This document shows, one piece after another, positions 10,905 to 23,195 of a stretch of 64,000 nucleotides of DNA. Position 1 is the first letter of the stretch, and every line of letters starts with the position of its first letter. This stretch comes from Basidiobolus meristosporus CBS 931.73. Taxonomy: Eukaryota; Fungi; Basidiobolomycota. The position numbers were made by a program, and so were the translations under genes. The notes beneath the pieces were generated by a model, which was not told where the DNA came from, ran no database searches, and saw nothing but the letters and a program-made list of their open reading frames with translations. Location: NCBI GenBank assembly GCA_002104905.1, contig MCFE01000091.1, positions 62,001 through 126,000 of the forward strand. The letters run 5' to 3'.

Positions 10905-11529
10905 TGACTTGTTCCGTTGGATAGTGCCACATTGAGCCATGAGTACCATATGATGCCATAGTGTGCCAGAGAGGCCAGGTGAGCCTCTACCTGGCCACAG
11001 AGTGTGAAACATAGCTCCGCATCTTCATGCAAAGCAGCCACTGTGTTTCACCCATTGTGTTGGAGAAAATCCATTTTTTGACCTTTTTTTTGGATCAATG
11101 TTGTGCAGGATGTGTTAGAGAACAAGCAGATTGAAGATATGCATCTGGTACTCAATACCCATGGCACTCTGAATCTGGCTTCTGTAGCTTGTATCATGTC
11201 ACAAAAATGAATGGCACTATCTCGGTCCACTGGTACTATCTGGCGCTATATTTAAATATTAGTCCTAAAGTAAGATCTATACAAAGCACTTATAGTGCCA
11301 GATAGTACCAGTGGACCAAGATAGTGCCATTCATTTTTGTGACATGATACAAGCTACAGGAGCTAGAGTCAGAGTGCCATGGGTGAAACACAGGGGCTGC
11401 TTTACATGAAGATGCAGAGCTATGTTTCACACTCTGTGGCCAAGTATAGGCCCACTTGACCTCTCTGGCACACAATGGCATTGTTTGGCACGCATGGCTC
11501 AATGTGGCACTATCCAACGGAACAAGTCT
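10905..11529. mobile_element. 625-bp foldback (hairpin) non-autonomous DNA transposon in the Copia 5' LTR
   Basis: TSD AAT and termini tgacttgttccgttggatagtgcc..ggcactatccaacggaacaagtct. Arms are 10905-11055/11379-11529 and 11158-11250/11291-11383, with a 40-bp loop. It is absent from the 3' LTR. Confidence 0.95.
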
Positions 11530-11580
11530 AATCTACTTGTCCTCCCAATCACCTCCAATATCTCCAAGATTCTTACAACA

Positions 11581-11592
11581 GGCTATGAGCCC
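11581..11592 (+). promoter_or_regulatory. Copia primer-binding site GGCTATGAGCCC
   Basis: Directly follows the 5' LTR and resembles the GGTTATGGGCCC half-tRNA-iMet PBS of Drosophila copia. Copia-B has GGTTATAAGCCC at 47599-47610. Confidence 0.75.
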
Positions 11593-14500
11593 CAAGCTGG
11601 CACTCTCTGCAATGTCTACTACTGTTATTACTGGAATTTTCCCTTCTACTGAAAAATTGGATGGATCTAACTACCCAGTGTGGATGGTGCAGATGAAGAT
11701 GCTGCTGCAAGAGAGAGGCCTGTGGGATATTGTCATGGGAGAAGAATTGCCTCCTAAAAACATGGGAGAGGAAGCCTTGAAGTACCAGAAGAAAGAACAA
11801 AGTGCCTTTATCTGCATTTTCCTTAATGTTGAGGACAAATTGCTAATTCAATGCTCAAGAGCAAAAACAGCAAAGAATGACTGGAAGGCATTAGAAGGCA
11901 CCTACCAGTCATGTTCAGCTGCTAAGATAATGAATCTGAGACAAAAATTCTTTACTACAAAGATGCTGCCAGGAGAAGAAATGAAATATCTAATCTACAG
12001 AATAACCCTGCTGGTGGATGAAATAGAATCCGTGGGCATACCAACCACTGTTGAGAATGTGATACATAGCATCCTGAATAGCCTGACAGACAGGTTTCAG
12101 GCCCTTGTATCAGCCCTAGAGTCCAGAACTGAAGATTTGACCTTAAATTAGGAGTATGGAAGGCTCCTGGATGAAGAATTAAGAAAATCAAGCACAAATA
12201 AGAAGGAAGAAGAAAATGCTTTAATAAGCAAAGATAACCAACAAAGGAGGTACCCAAGACCCTACAAAGGCAACAGAAACCTGTTTTGCAACTACTGCAA
12301 AAGGAAAGGACACACATCAGACTGGTGTCTCAAAAAGAAAGGTAATCAGCAAAAGAAGCCTGAATATGGAATGCTGCAACAACTGAAGATATACTATACA
12401 TATCTGCACTGAATATGACCACAAACAAGGATTCTCAGACGTGATACATTGACTCTGGAGCATCTCAACACATTACACACCAAAGAGAACTTTTTACCCA
12501 ATATCAAGAAATTCCAATTAAGGAAGTTTTCATGGGTGACAATAGAACACTTGATGCAGTGGGAGAAGGAACTATCCAAGTAAACCTAAGAAGCAGTGAA
12601 GGAGGCCATACACAGACCTTTAAAGAAGTACTCTATGTACCAGAAATAGCCAAGAACCCACTATCTTTAAGCAAGGCCACTGCAGAAGGACTCAGTGTCA
12701 GCTTTGACAACTCTGGATATAAGATCACTGTGCAAAGTGGTGCCCATATTGCTTTAGGTATCAGAGATCAGAACCTATACAAGTTGACTTATACTCCATC
12801 ATATATGGAAGCCAGTATAAGTAACTTAAATGAAGAAACACCAATGCATTGGCACATGAGATTTGGGCACATCAATTTTGATATTTGCACAAAATGATCA
12901 AAGATCAGCTAATTTCTGGGGTAAAAATTAATCCCCCAGCTAATTTGGAGCAGTGTGAAGCCTGGTTATATGGGAAACAAGCCAGACAACTGTTCAAGAG
13001 CTCTAGGTTAATCAAAACTAAGAAAAAAATTAGATCTAATTCACTCAGATCTGCGTGGACCTATGCAAAATTTATCCTTAGGTGGGATGAAGTATTTAAT
13101 CACTTTTATTTATGATTATACAAGAAAAATGTGGGTCTACTTCATGGGGAGAAAGGAAGAAGCTCTTTCTAAGTTCAGGGAGTTTAAAGCCATGGTGGAG
13201 AGAGAAACCTGTGAAAAAATCGAGAAAATACACTCTGACAATAGTGAGTATACCTCAAAACTCTTCATCCACTTCTGCAAAATTAATGGGATAAGGCAAG
13301 AGACTACTTTACCATACTTCCCACAACAAAATGCAGTAGCAGAATGTGCAAACAGATCAATAATTGATATGGCAAGATCTATGATCCAAGATCAAAAATT
13401 ATCCTATGATTTTTGGGCGGAATCAGTTGCCACTGCTGTATATCTTAAAAATAGGAGTTATAACAGAATACATTGTTATTCTACTCCATTTGAAGCATTA
13501 TATGGATACAGACCAAGTGCAGAACATCTAAGAATAATTGGGTGTACTGCATATGCCAAGAAACTGCCTGGAAACAGTCAATATTTGAGCCAAAAAGTGC
13601 AAAGTGCATATCTTTGGGCTACTGCAATGAGAGTAAAGCATACAGGCTCTACAATACTGAAGCAAAGAAGCTAGTCAAGTCCAGGGATGTGTTGTTTGAT
13701 GAAAATTCAAAATCTTCACAAAAATTGACATCAGATGATGACAAAAATCTGATCCCAAATCCACCAATTGTCAGGATTGAATCCAAGCAAAAAAATGAGA
13801 ATTTTTTCACTCCAGAGGACTCTTCAGCCCTTATTCAGCCAGAATCAGTTCCCAGGAATATCCCAGAAGCAATCATTCCAGTATCAAATGCCTGGAGATC
13901 CAATTGGACAACAAATAGCCCAAATTACTATATCAATGAGGGCACAAACTTAGCCCATGCCCATTCAGTCCATATTGATGAGCCCCAGACTGTAAAAGAG
14001 GCCCCAAATGGCCCTCAGACAAAGTTTTGGAGATCTGCAATGACTGAGGAATATCAGGCCCTGATGGAAAATCAAACTTGGGACTTTGTCAAGTTACCAA
14101 TCAACCAAAAATCAATTGGATGCTGATGGGTCTTCAAGACAAATATAAGGCTGATGGTACAATTGAAAGATACAAAGCAAGACTTGTGGCCAAAGGATAC
14201 TCTCAAACAAAAGGACTTGACTATATTGAGACCTTTGCACTGGTAGCCAAGTTTAATTCCATCAGATTAATATTGACTATTGCAGCCAAATATAAGTTTT
14301 TTATTCATCAAATGGATGTAAAACAGCATTTTTGAATGGAGAACTTGATGAGGATGTGTCTATGGACCAGCCTGATAGGTTTGTTGACCATGATAACCCC
14401 CATTCAGTTTGCAAGCATAAAAAGTCTATATGGTCTCAAATAATCACCAAGAGCCAGGAATTGTAAGATAGATGCATATTTAGAGTCTCTGAGTTTCAAA

Positions 14501-16289
14501 AGGAGCAATGCTGACTATAGTATGTACTATAAGCCAGATAGAGCAAATCCAGTTCTGTTAGCTCTATATGTAGATGATCTAATTATAGCCAGCAATAACC
14601 TAGAAACATTAGAAGAGACTAAATCCAGCCTATCTAAGGAGTTCAAGGTGTCCAATCTAGGAGAACTTAGTTACTACTTAGGGATTAAGTTCTCCATAGA
14701 CAGAAGTACCCAGACTATCACCCTAAGTCAATCCAAGTATATTCAAGATATACTAAAGAAGTACAAAATGAAAGACTGTAAACTGGCAGCTACTCTAATA
14801 GAGACAAACCTTAACTTGGTCAAAACTCAACCAGATCAAGAGAGCTTGGTGCCATCTGAAAGCCCTGACCTTCCTTATCAATTTATAGTCAGTAGTCTGA
14901 TGTATATCATGCTTAAAACATATCCAGATATCTCATACTCAGTAGGAGTTGACAGCCAACATAATCAGAACCATGGATCTGAACATATTGCAGCAGTTAA
15001 GCGGATTTTTAGATACCTAAAAGGAACTACTGATATCTGCTCAAGATACACTTCTAAGGACTAAGAACAGGATCTTGTGGGATACCCTGATGCTGATTGG
15101 GGACAAAACTTGGAGGACAGATGATCTACCACAGGATACACCTTTGTTTACTGCAAAGGAGCAAATTCATGGAACTTAAGAAAGCAACCAACCATAGCAC
15201 ATTCTACCACAGAGGCAGAGTATATGGCAGCCTGTAAAGCTACAGAAGAAGCAATGTGGTTAAGAAAGCTTTTTACAGATATAGGCCTATGTCAAAAAAC
15301 GCCTATTACTTTATTTCAAGATAATCAAGGATGTACACAATTAGGTAGAAATCCAACTTTTCATGCCAGAACCAAGCACACAGATATTAGACATCATTTC
15401 ATATGTGAAGCTATAGATAATAGCTTAGTCAGCTTAGTTTACTGTCCTACAGATGAAATGATTGCAGACATATTTACCAAACCATTAGCTAGAGACAAGT
15501 TTGAATATCTTAGGTCAAAATTAGAACTAGTCCATATAAACATTTAGGTGAGTGGGAGTGGTCTAAAAAGTTGGTGTTTCCACCTAAATATTCACCTAGC
15601 TAGTCACTTAGATCATTACCTTCATATCCTAGAGAATACTGACCAAATTCCTTGTTGGGATTTACTTAGAATATTTTCACCAAAATACCAAGTACTCAGA
15701 ACATGTAAATTCTCAAAGTTGTCCAAACAGCCCTAAGCTTTGCACACATGTTCTTGGGACCTTCCTTAACCTATTCTATGCATTTGCAATGCCAAGACCA
15801 TGTAAAAGTATAAATACTACTTTTACATTCAATAAATCATTAAGTGAAAATCAAATAATCAACTTGTTCTCCCAATCACTTCCAATATCTCAAACACTCT
15901 TACAACAATAAATGGTGTCTACCATACTCAGCTTGTAGGTAGGTCCTCATTAAGGCCCAATCAGTGAGAATGTCTCCTTGTCTGAGAAGCTTAGTGGTTA
16001 TATCATCCGTGCAGTAGTAGGGGAAGTCTTCAGCCATTTCTTGCTCACAGATGCTGCACATCTTGCAAAGTTTGTCCCACTTGAATATGAAGCTCTCCAC
16101 ATTCTTTCCATCAAGCTGTGAGGCTCCAGGCACAAGTAGTAACAGCATAGTATTCATCTTGAATAGGTATGCTGGCATTGTAATCTTGCTAATATTGGTA
16201 GCCTCTTTTCATAAAATCATCAGGCAAGGCTTGTTGGGTCATAGGATGCTTATATGAACCCCCCAGATTGAGTGGTAAATATGTGAATG

Positions 16290-17012
16290 TGAATGAGTCT
16301 AAGAGAGAGATATGTCCAATGCTTCTCAAGTGTCTGGTATGTGGGGTGTTCACTGGGTGCAATAATCTCTGGCAAAAACTTGCTAGGAGTACTTGGTGTC
16401 ATGATCACATGACAACCATGAGCACCCATGCCAAGCTTCAGCTTCCTAGCTCAATTTCTAAGAGATTCCTTCTGGAGCCTTCTACCACCTTCCAGAAAGT
16501 TCCTGACCATTCCAAACCCGTGTTACACAATGGAACATTCCATGGAAGCTTCCCATTGTATTTTTCATAGTCCAGTACCATATATGGAAATACCAGATCA
16601 CATGACTTAGTCACATGATCAGGTGACCCAATCCATTTCCCCATCCTGTCTCAGTGCCTTGCCTTCTATATAATTATCCCCAGCACATTGCTGTGCCTCA
16701 CCCCACAACCCCATTAGTATTAGCCAATATCTCTTGGCATCAGTATAACCAAAAAGTATATATAGTCCTATCCCCCCTTAAGTATTCCTCAGTCTGATAA
16801 ACACAGGTCTTGAATAAACAGCCTTGCCTTGGAAATCCGCCTTGCCTTGGAAATCCACCTTGCCTTGTTCATCCACACCTAAGTCCTTTCCTGGTCCTGC
16901 CTTGCCTAGCCCTACTCTCCTGCCTTGTGTCTATTCATAACACTTGGGGTCTTGGCACTAATCTAACAAGAAGGTGCATAAAGCCACAAGCTTGTCAAGG
17001 GAGAGCTATTGA
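16290..17012 (-). mobile_element. Partial LTR, family D (interrupted by a solo LTR-G)
   Basis: gtctaagagagagatatgtcc..gcttgtcaagggagagctattgag matches 20692-21750 and 34912-35982. Confidence 0.8.
16397..16942 (+). mobile_element. Solo LTR, family G (546 bp)
   Basis: TGTCATGA..TCATAACA termini and a perfect 5-bp TSD CTTGG. It has a TATA-like gtatatatag, aataaa, and an internal 18-bp tandem repeat ccttgccttggaaatcc. Confidence 0.9.
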
Positions 17013-17014
17013 GA

Positions 17015-20000
17015 TAATTCATACTCATGAGCAAAAACAGCAAAGAATGCTTGGAGGCATTAGAAGGCACCTACCAGTCATGTTCAGTTGCTACAAAAAT
17101 GTATCTGAGACAAAAATTTTACTACAAAGATGCTGCAAGGTGATGATATGAAAAATCTAATCAACAGATTACCCTGCATATAGATGAGATGAAATCTGTG
17201 GGAGTACCAACTGCTGATGAGGATGTAATAGTTATCATCCTGAATAGCCTGACAGACAGATTTCAGGGTCTTGTATCAGCCCTAAAGCTCAGAACTGAAG
17301 ACTTGACTTTAAATTATATATATGGAAGGTTCCTGGATGAAGAATTAAGAAAATCAAGTGCCAATAAGAGTGAAGATGAAATGCTTTAATAAGCAATGAT
17401 AACCAACAAAGGAGGTACCCAAGACCCTACAAAGGCAACAGCAACCATATCTGTAAGCAAGGCCACTGCAGAAGGACTCAGTTTCAGCTTTGACAACTCA
17501 TGATGCAAGATCGCTGATCAAAATGATGCCCATATTGCTTTGGGTATCAGAGATCAGAATCTATACAGGTTAACTGATATTTCATCATATTTGGATGCCA
17601 ATATAAGTAACTTAAATGAAGAAACACCAATGCTTTGGCACAGGAGACTTGGGCACATCAATTTTGATCATTTGCACAACATGATCAAAGATCAGTAAAT
17701 TTCCAGAGTAATAATTGATCCCCCAGGTAGTTTGGAGCACTGTGAAGCCTCCATATATGGAAAACAAGCCAGACAACTGTTCAAGAGCTCTGGGTCAATC
17801 AAAATCACGAAAAAATTAGATCTAATTCACTCAGATCTGTATGGACCTATGCAAAATTTATCCTTAGGCAGGATTAAGTACTTAATCACTTTATTGATGA
17901 TTATATGAGAAACATGTGGGTTTACTTCTTGGAGAGAAAGGAAGTAGTACTGTCTAAGCTCAGGGAGCTCAAAGACATGGTGGAGAGAGAAACTGGTAAA
18001 AATATTAAGAAAATACATGCTGACAATGGTCTAGAATAAACTTCAACACACTTCCTCCACCTCTCAGAATTCATGGGATAAAGCAAGAGAATACTGTACA
18101 TACTACCCCTGGCAAAGTGGAGTAGCAGAGTGTGCTAACAGATGAATAATGAATATGGCAAGATCTATGATCCATGATCAAAAATTATCCTATGATTTTT
18201 GGGCAGAATCAATTGCTACAGCTATATACCTTAAAAATAGGAGTTATAACAGAATACTTTGTGATTCTACTCCATTTAAGACATGGTATGGGTACACACC
18301 AAGTGCAGATCCTCTAAGAATATTTGGGTGTACAGCATATGTCAAGTAACTACCTGGAATTCAGTCAAAATTTGAGCCAAAAAGTGTAAATTGCATAATA
18401 TTGGGCTACTGCTGTCAGAGTAAGGCAAACAGACTCTACAATACTGAGGCAAAGAAGCTGATCAAGTCCAGGGATGTGTTGTTTGATAAAATTCAAATGT
18501 CACAAAAAATGACATTAGATGATGTCAAAAATCTGATCTCAAGTCCACCAATTTTCAGGATTGAATCAGAGCAGGGCAGTGAAAATAATTTCATTCCAGA
18601 GAACTCTACAACAGTGGCTCAGCCTGAAGCAGTGCCCAGGAATTTCTCAGAAGTGATCATTCCAGTATCATATGCCCGGAGATCCAATTGAACAACATAT
18701 AGCCAAAATTACTATATCAGTAAGGGCATAAACTTAGCCCCTGCCCATTCAGTCCATATTGATGAGCCCCAGACTGTGACAGATGTCCTAAATGGCCCTT
18801 AGACAAAGTTTTAGAGATCTGCAATGACTGAGGAATATCAGGCCTTGATAGAAAATCAAACTTGGGACTTTGTCAAATTACCAATCAACCAAAAATCAAT
18901 TGGATGCTGATGGGTCTTCAAGACAAATATAAGGCTGATGGTACAATTGAAAGATACAAAGCAAGACTTGTGGCCAAAGGATACTCTCAAACAAAAGGAC
19001 TTGACTATATTGAGACCTTTGCACCGGTAGCCAAGTTTAATTCCATCAGATTAATATTGACTATTGCAGCCAAATATAAGTTTTTTATTCATCAAATGGA
19101 TGTAAAACAGCATTTTTGAATGGAGAACTTGATGAGGATGTGTCTATGGACCAGCCTGATAGGTTTGTTGACCATGATAACCCCCATTCAGTTTGCAAGC
19201 ATAAAAAGCCTATATGGTCACAAATAATCACCAAGAGCCAGGAATTGCAAGATAGATTCTTATTTAGAGTCTCTGAGTTTCAAAAGGAGCAATGCTGAGT
19301 ATAGTATGTACTATAAGTCAGACAGAGCAAACTGAGTTCTGTTAGCTCTATATGTGGATGATCTAATTATAGCCGCCAATAACCTAGAAACATTACAAGT
19401 GACCAAATCCAGCCTATATAAGGAGTTCAAGATGTTCAATTTAGGAGAACTTAGTTACTACTTAGGGATTAAGTTCTCCATAGACAGAAGTACCCAGATT
19501 ATCACCCTAAGTCAATCCAAGTATATTCAAGATATACTAGAGAAGTACTAAATGGTAGACTGTAAACTGACAGCTACCCCAATGGAGACAAACCTTAACT
19601 TGGTCAGAACTCAACCAGATCAAGAGAGCTTGGTGCCATCTGAAAGCCCTGACCTTCCTTATCAATCTATGGTTAGGAGTCTGATGTATATGATGCTTGG
19701 AACATGTCCAGATATCTCATATTCAGTAGCAGTTGTGAGCCAGCATAATCAGAACTATGGATCTAATCATATTACAGCAGTTAAGTGGACTTTTAGATAC
19801 CTATAAGGAACTGCTGATATCTGCTTATGATACACTTACATGGATTCAGAACAGGATCTTGCGTGATACTCTGATGCTGATTGGGGAGAAAACTTGGAAG
19901 ACAGAAGATCCACCAAAGGATAAACCTTTCTTTACTGTAAAGGAGCATTTTCATGGAATTCAAGAAAGCAACCAACCATAGCAATTTCTACCACAGAGGC

Positions 20001-20691
20001 AGAGTATATGGCAGCATGTGAAGCTACAAAAAGAGCAATGTGTTTAAGAAAGCTTTTCACAGATTTAGGCATATGTCAAAAAATGCCTATAACTTTATTT
20101 TAAGATAATTAAGGGTGTATACAATTAGGTAGAAATCAAACTTTTCATGCCAAAACCAAGCACATAGATATTAGACATCATTGCATACATGAAGCTATAG
20201 AGAGTAACTTAGTTAGCTTAGTTTACTGTCCTTCAGATGAAATGATTGCTGACATATTTACCAAGCCATTAGCTGTAGACAAACTTGAATATCTTAGGTC
20301 AAAATTAGGACTAGTCAGTACAAGCATTTAGCTGAGTGGGAGTGTTGAAAAATTCTTAATTCCACCTAAATATTCACCTAACTTAGTCACTTAGATCATT
20401 AACTACAAATCCTAGAGAATACTGACCAGATTCCTTGTTTGGATTGACTTAGAATATTTTCACCAAGATACCAGGTACCCAGACCATGAAAATTCTCAAG
20501 GTTGTCCAAACAGCCCCAAATTTAGAGCACATGTTTTTAGAACCTTCCTTAGCCTATTATATGTGTTTGCTATGCCAAGACCATGTAAAAGTATAAATAC
20601 TACTTTTACATTTAATAAATCATTAAGTGAAAACAACATAATCTACTTGTTCTCCCAAATCACCATCAATATCTCCAAGACTCTTACAATA
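17015..20691 (+). mobile_element. Second Copia-A copy, 5'-truncated, with a deletion of the zinc knuckle and protease; 3' LTR 20343-20691
   Basis: Collinear with 11840-15907. The deletion junction is near 17450. PPT tttagctgagtgggag. Confidence 0.92.
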
Positions 20692-21750
20692 GTGGTGGTG
20701 TAGAAGTCTAAGGGAGAGATATGTCCAACTCTTCTCAAGTGTTTTGTGTGCAGGGTGTTTACTGGGTGCAATAACCTCTGGTAAAAGCCTGCTAGGAACA
20801 CTTAGGGTCTTGTCACTAATCTAACAAGCAGGAGCATAAAGCCACAAGCTTGTCAAGGGAAAACTATTGAGACACAATCCCCACCTTTGTTGGTGTCTTA
20901 ACAAAAGTATGTGCTGGGTTCAGCATCCTTTGCGATGATTATGAACTAAAGCTTCCAAAGTCAAAACAACTGTAAACTCCACCAGCAGGGACTTGATAAG
21001 AATGCAGCTGTGGTCAATAGTTTTAAAAACAGAAAAGTATCTTTGCCTGCACAAGAACAAACTTGAGCAAGAATCAAATACAATTAAAGATACCTACTCT
21101 GAGTATTTCTCACAAGTAATGCCTCCAATACCAGTTGCCTATCAGCACAGTTTTCTGGGAGTGTCCTGTGGTCTGTGGATGGAAGTTCAGGTAGCTGTGA
21201 TCACATCAATCAACAAGTTGGTATATTGATAAAAGGGATTATGATTTATTGTTGAAGGATTGTCTCCCTTTTATACTTTTCTCAATGGCTAAGTGATTAC
21301 TAATCAAAGTATTCCAGAAGGTTCTGAAGATCAATAGTAATCTGAATGACATCAGAATGACCTAAGAATGTTCTAAGTATGTCCCAGAAGGTTCCAAGAG
21401 CCACAGCACATACAACCAATCAGAATCAGTATTCTGATGCCTGTGTAGAGTAGGGATACCATATATGGTATTAAAGTGGTAGGGATAATGACACAGATTG
21501 ATCATGTGTCATGGATACCAACACAGGTGCTTGACTAATAGAGAAGTACCTACTTTTAGCAGTCTTACATAAAGTGAGGGATAACTTATGCAATAAGGTA
21601 AGCAGGTGTGATAGTCAGCTGGCTTATAGGGTAGTAGTGATCAAATAAGACAAATGGCATAAAACTAAAGTATGGGTAGTGGAAAATAGGGAAGTAGCAA
21701 ATATGGGAATGAGCACATCTGTCAGTGGGTGCCACTGTGACTCCACTACA
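20692..21750 (-). mobile_element. LTR family D copy (~1.06 kb), apparently solo
   Basis: gtggtggtgtagaagtctaaggg..ctccactaca. TATAAAA and AATAAA are on the minus strand. Homologous to 34912-35982. Confidence 0.8.
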
Positions 21751-21754
21751 GCAG

Positions 21755-23195
21755 GATAACAGTAACTGGCCATCAGGTCAAAGCATATAATATTATCTGC
21801 ATTGTAGCACTGGGAGTCATATGTGGACATTGTAGGAATATTTATTCACAAGTGGATCACCAATGCCAACTTGATGCATCTATGGCTTTTGTTCAGAGTT
21901 TGTGACAAGATTTGAGCAGCTATACTACAAACATAAGCTGAGCACATAGATCTCTGCTGCTACTGTATCCATCTGCTACTCCATCTTGCTTGGTGTATTG
22001 AGAATATTGGGCCTTGCTTCACCTTATAGGAGTTTCTTATGGAGCAGATGTGTAGGGAGATAGGATGACAAGTCAAGTTGCAGGTGCTACCGTATCCTAA
22101 TCTCATCTAGAACATTACCTTCAGGTCAATCACTGATGTGAGGAGATGGCACATTGACAACACCCAGGAAGAGCTAGAAAATACTGAGGACAAATGTGCA
22201 CATGGAGACATCAATGCCTATGGCACTAAGCAGTTAAGCAGCCCCAATGCATGAGTAATCAGTTAAGTAGTGCAAAGTTGGGTTGGGAGCAACAAGCAAC
22301 TGATTTTTACTAGGAGAGCTTTACCAATGTATGCTGGGTTTCTCTTGGTCACACAGCAATTTCTACTCCATTCAATACAAAATTCACATAAGCAAAAGCC
22401 AGAGTGCACCTTTACAGGGGACTAGAATCCAGCAGGGAGAAGGAATATATAGGCTGCATAACAAAAGCTCTTTGTGTATGCTCAGAAGGCATTCATGGTA
22501 AAAGTAGTGGCAGTCAAGTATTTGTTTGCAAGATGTATATGTTACGGGCAATACAAGGTATATGGCAACATTGCAAGTATCATAGTAAAATGCCGTAAAG
22601 TTGAGGTGATAGAAGTATGTCAATAGCAGCAGGTGTGTGTATTAGTAGTGGTTAATAAGCAGGAGGCCATAGTATTTTCTGATTAGGGCCATATGTGGAA
22701 TACCCAGGGCAGTAGTACGTAAGCAAATAAAGAGGGGTGATTCTACAGTGGAATATATGAATTGCACAAGGGGAGGCAGAAAAAGGATATACCACTTGGT
22801 AAATTGGTACTGTAGCATAATAAAGAACTAGCTGTAGGTTGCCATACTGCCAAGATAATACCATCAGGGGCCTGCCAAGAGGCTGTCCAAGCACCATTAA
22901 GTTCTTGCCATATAAGACAATTGGATGTACTTGTGGGTTAGATCCACTCCAATAGTTGTAGGGTGCACTAAGGCAGCAACAATGCAATGTCACCCTTGGC
23001 AAAACACTGTACAAACATCATTGTGTTTTTTAACTCTATTTAGCTGTAAAATTAGCCAAACACTATAGTGATCCCATCATAAGATTGTGTAGATGGTCAT
23101 TAATTCCAAGCTGCTGGTATTATTTTGGTCTCTCAATGGCATCTTCACAGGTGATTGAGATTGGATCCACCCACAGAACCAAATTATATTTCATA
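21755..23195 (+). mobile_element. CACTA/EnSpm-like transposase relic (C-terminal part)
   Basis: IHLLLHLAWCIENIGPCFTL*EFLMEQMCREIG..VKLQVLPYPNL fits the H-LLH..GP..W.FP.ER..PY.NL pattern of CMC/EnSpm (tnp2-type) transposases. It parallels 26700-27720. Confidence 0.7.

Larger units (their letters stand above)
10603..15907 (+). mobile_element. Full-length but disabled Ty1/Copia family A element (5' LTR 10603-11580, gag-PR-INT-RT-RH 11612-15547, 3' LTR 15559-15907)
   Basis: Perfect 5-bp TSD ATAAA. gag KLDGSNYPVWMVQMKMLL, zinc knuckle CNYCKRKGHTSDWC, protease IDSGASQH, integrase, RT YKARLVAKGYSQ..LYVDDLII, RNase H, PPT tttaggtgagtgggag. Many stops and frameshifts. Confidence 0.97.
10166..16250 (-). 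pseudogene. Gypsy-B gag relic split by the Copia-A insertion (parts 15913-16250 and 10166-10602)
   Basis: Removing 10603-15907 and one TSD gives the continuous peptide PGASQLDGKNVESFIFKWDKLC..AEYGRHHL-YYGIEDLRHFG. Assigning it to Gypsy-B is an inference from orientation and position upstream of the 5930-8275 pol. Confidence 0.7.

Noticed and set aside
11456-11611. N-terminal extension of the 231-aa ORF (MTSLAHNG..)
   Set aside because: It reads through the foldback arm and LTR. The gag start is the ATG at 11612 after the PBS.
23061-23070. CACTATAGTG palindrome as a CACTA terminus
   Set aside because: It is internal to aligned sequence and not conserved in the parallel copies (27555, 34685).
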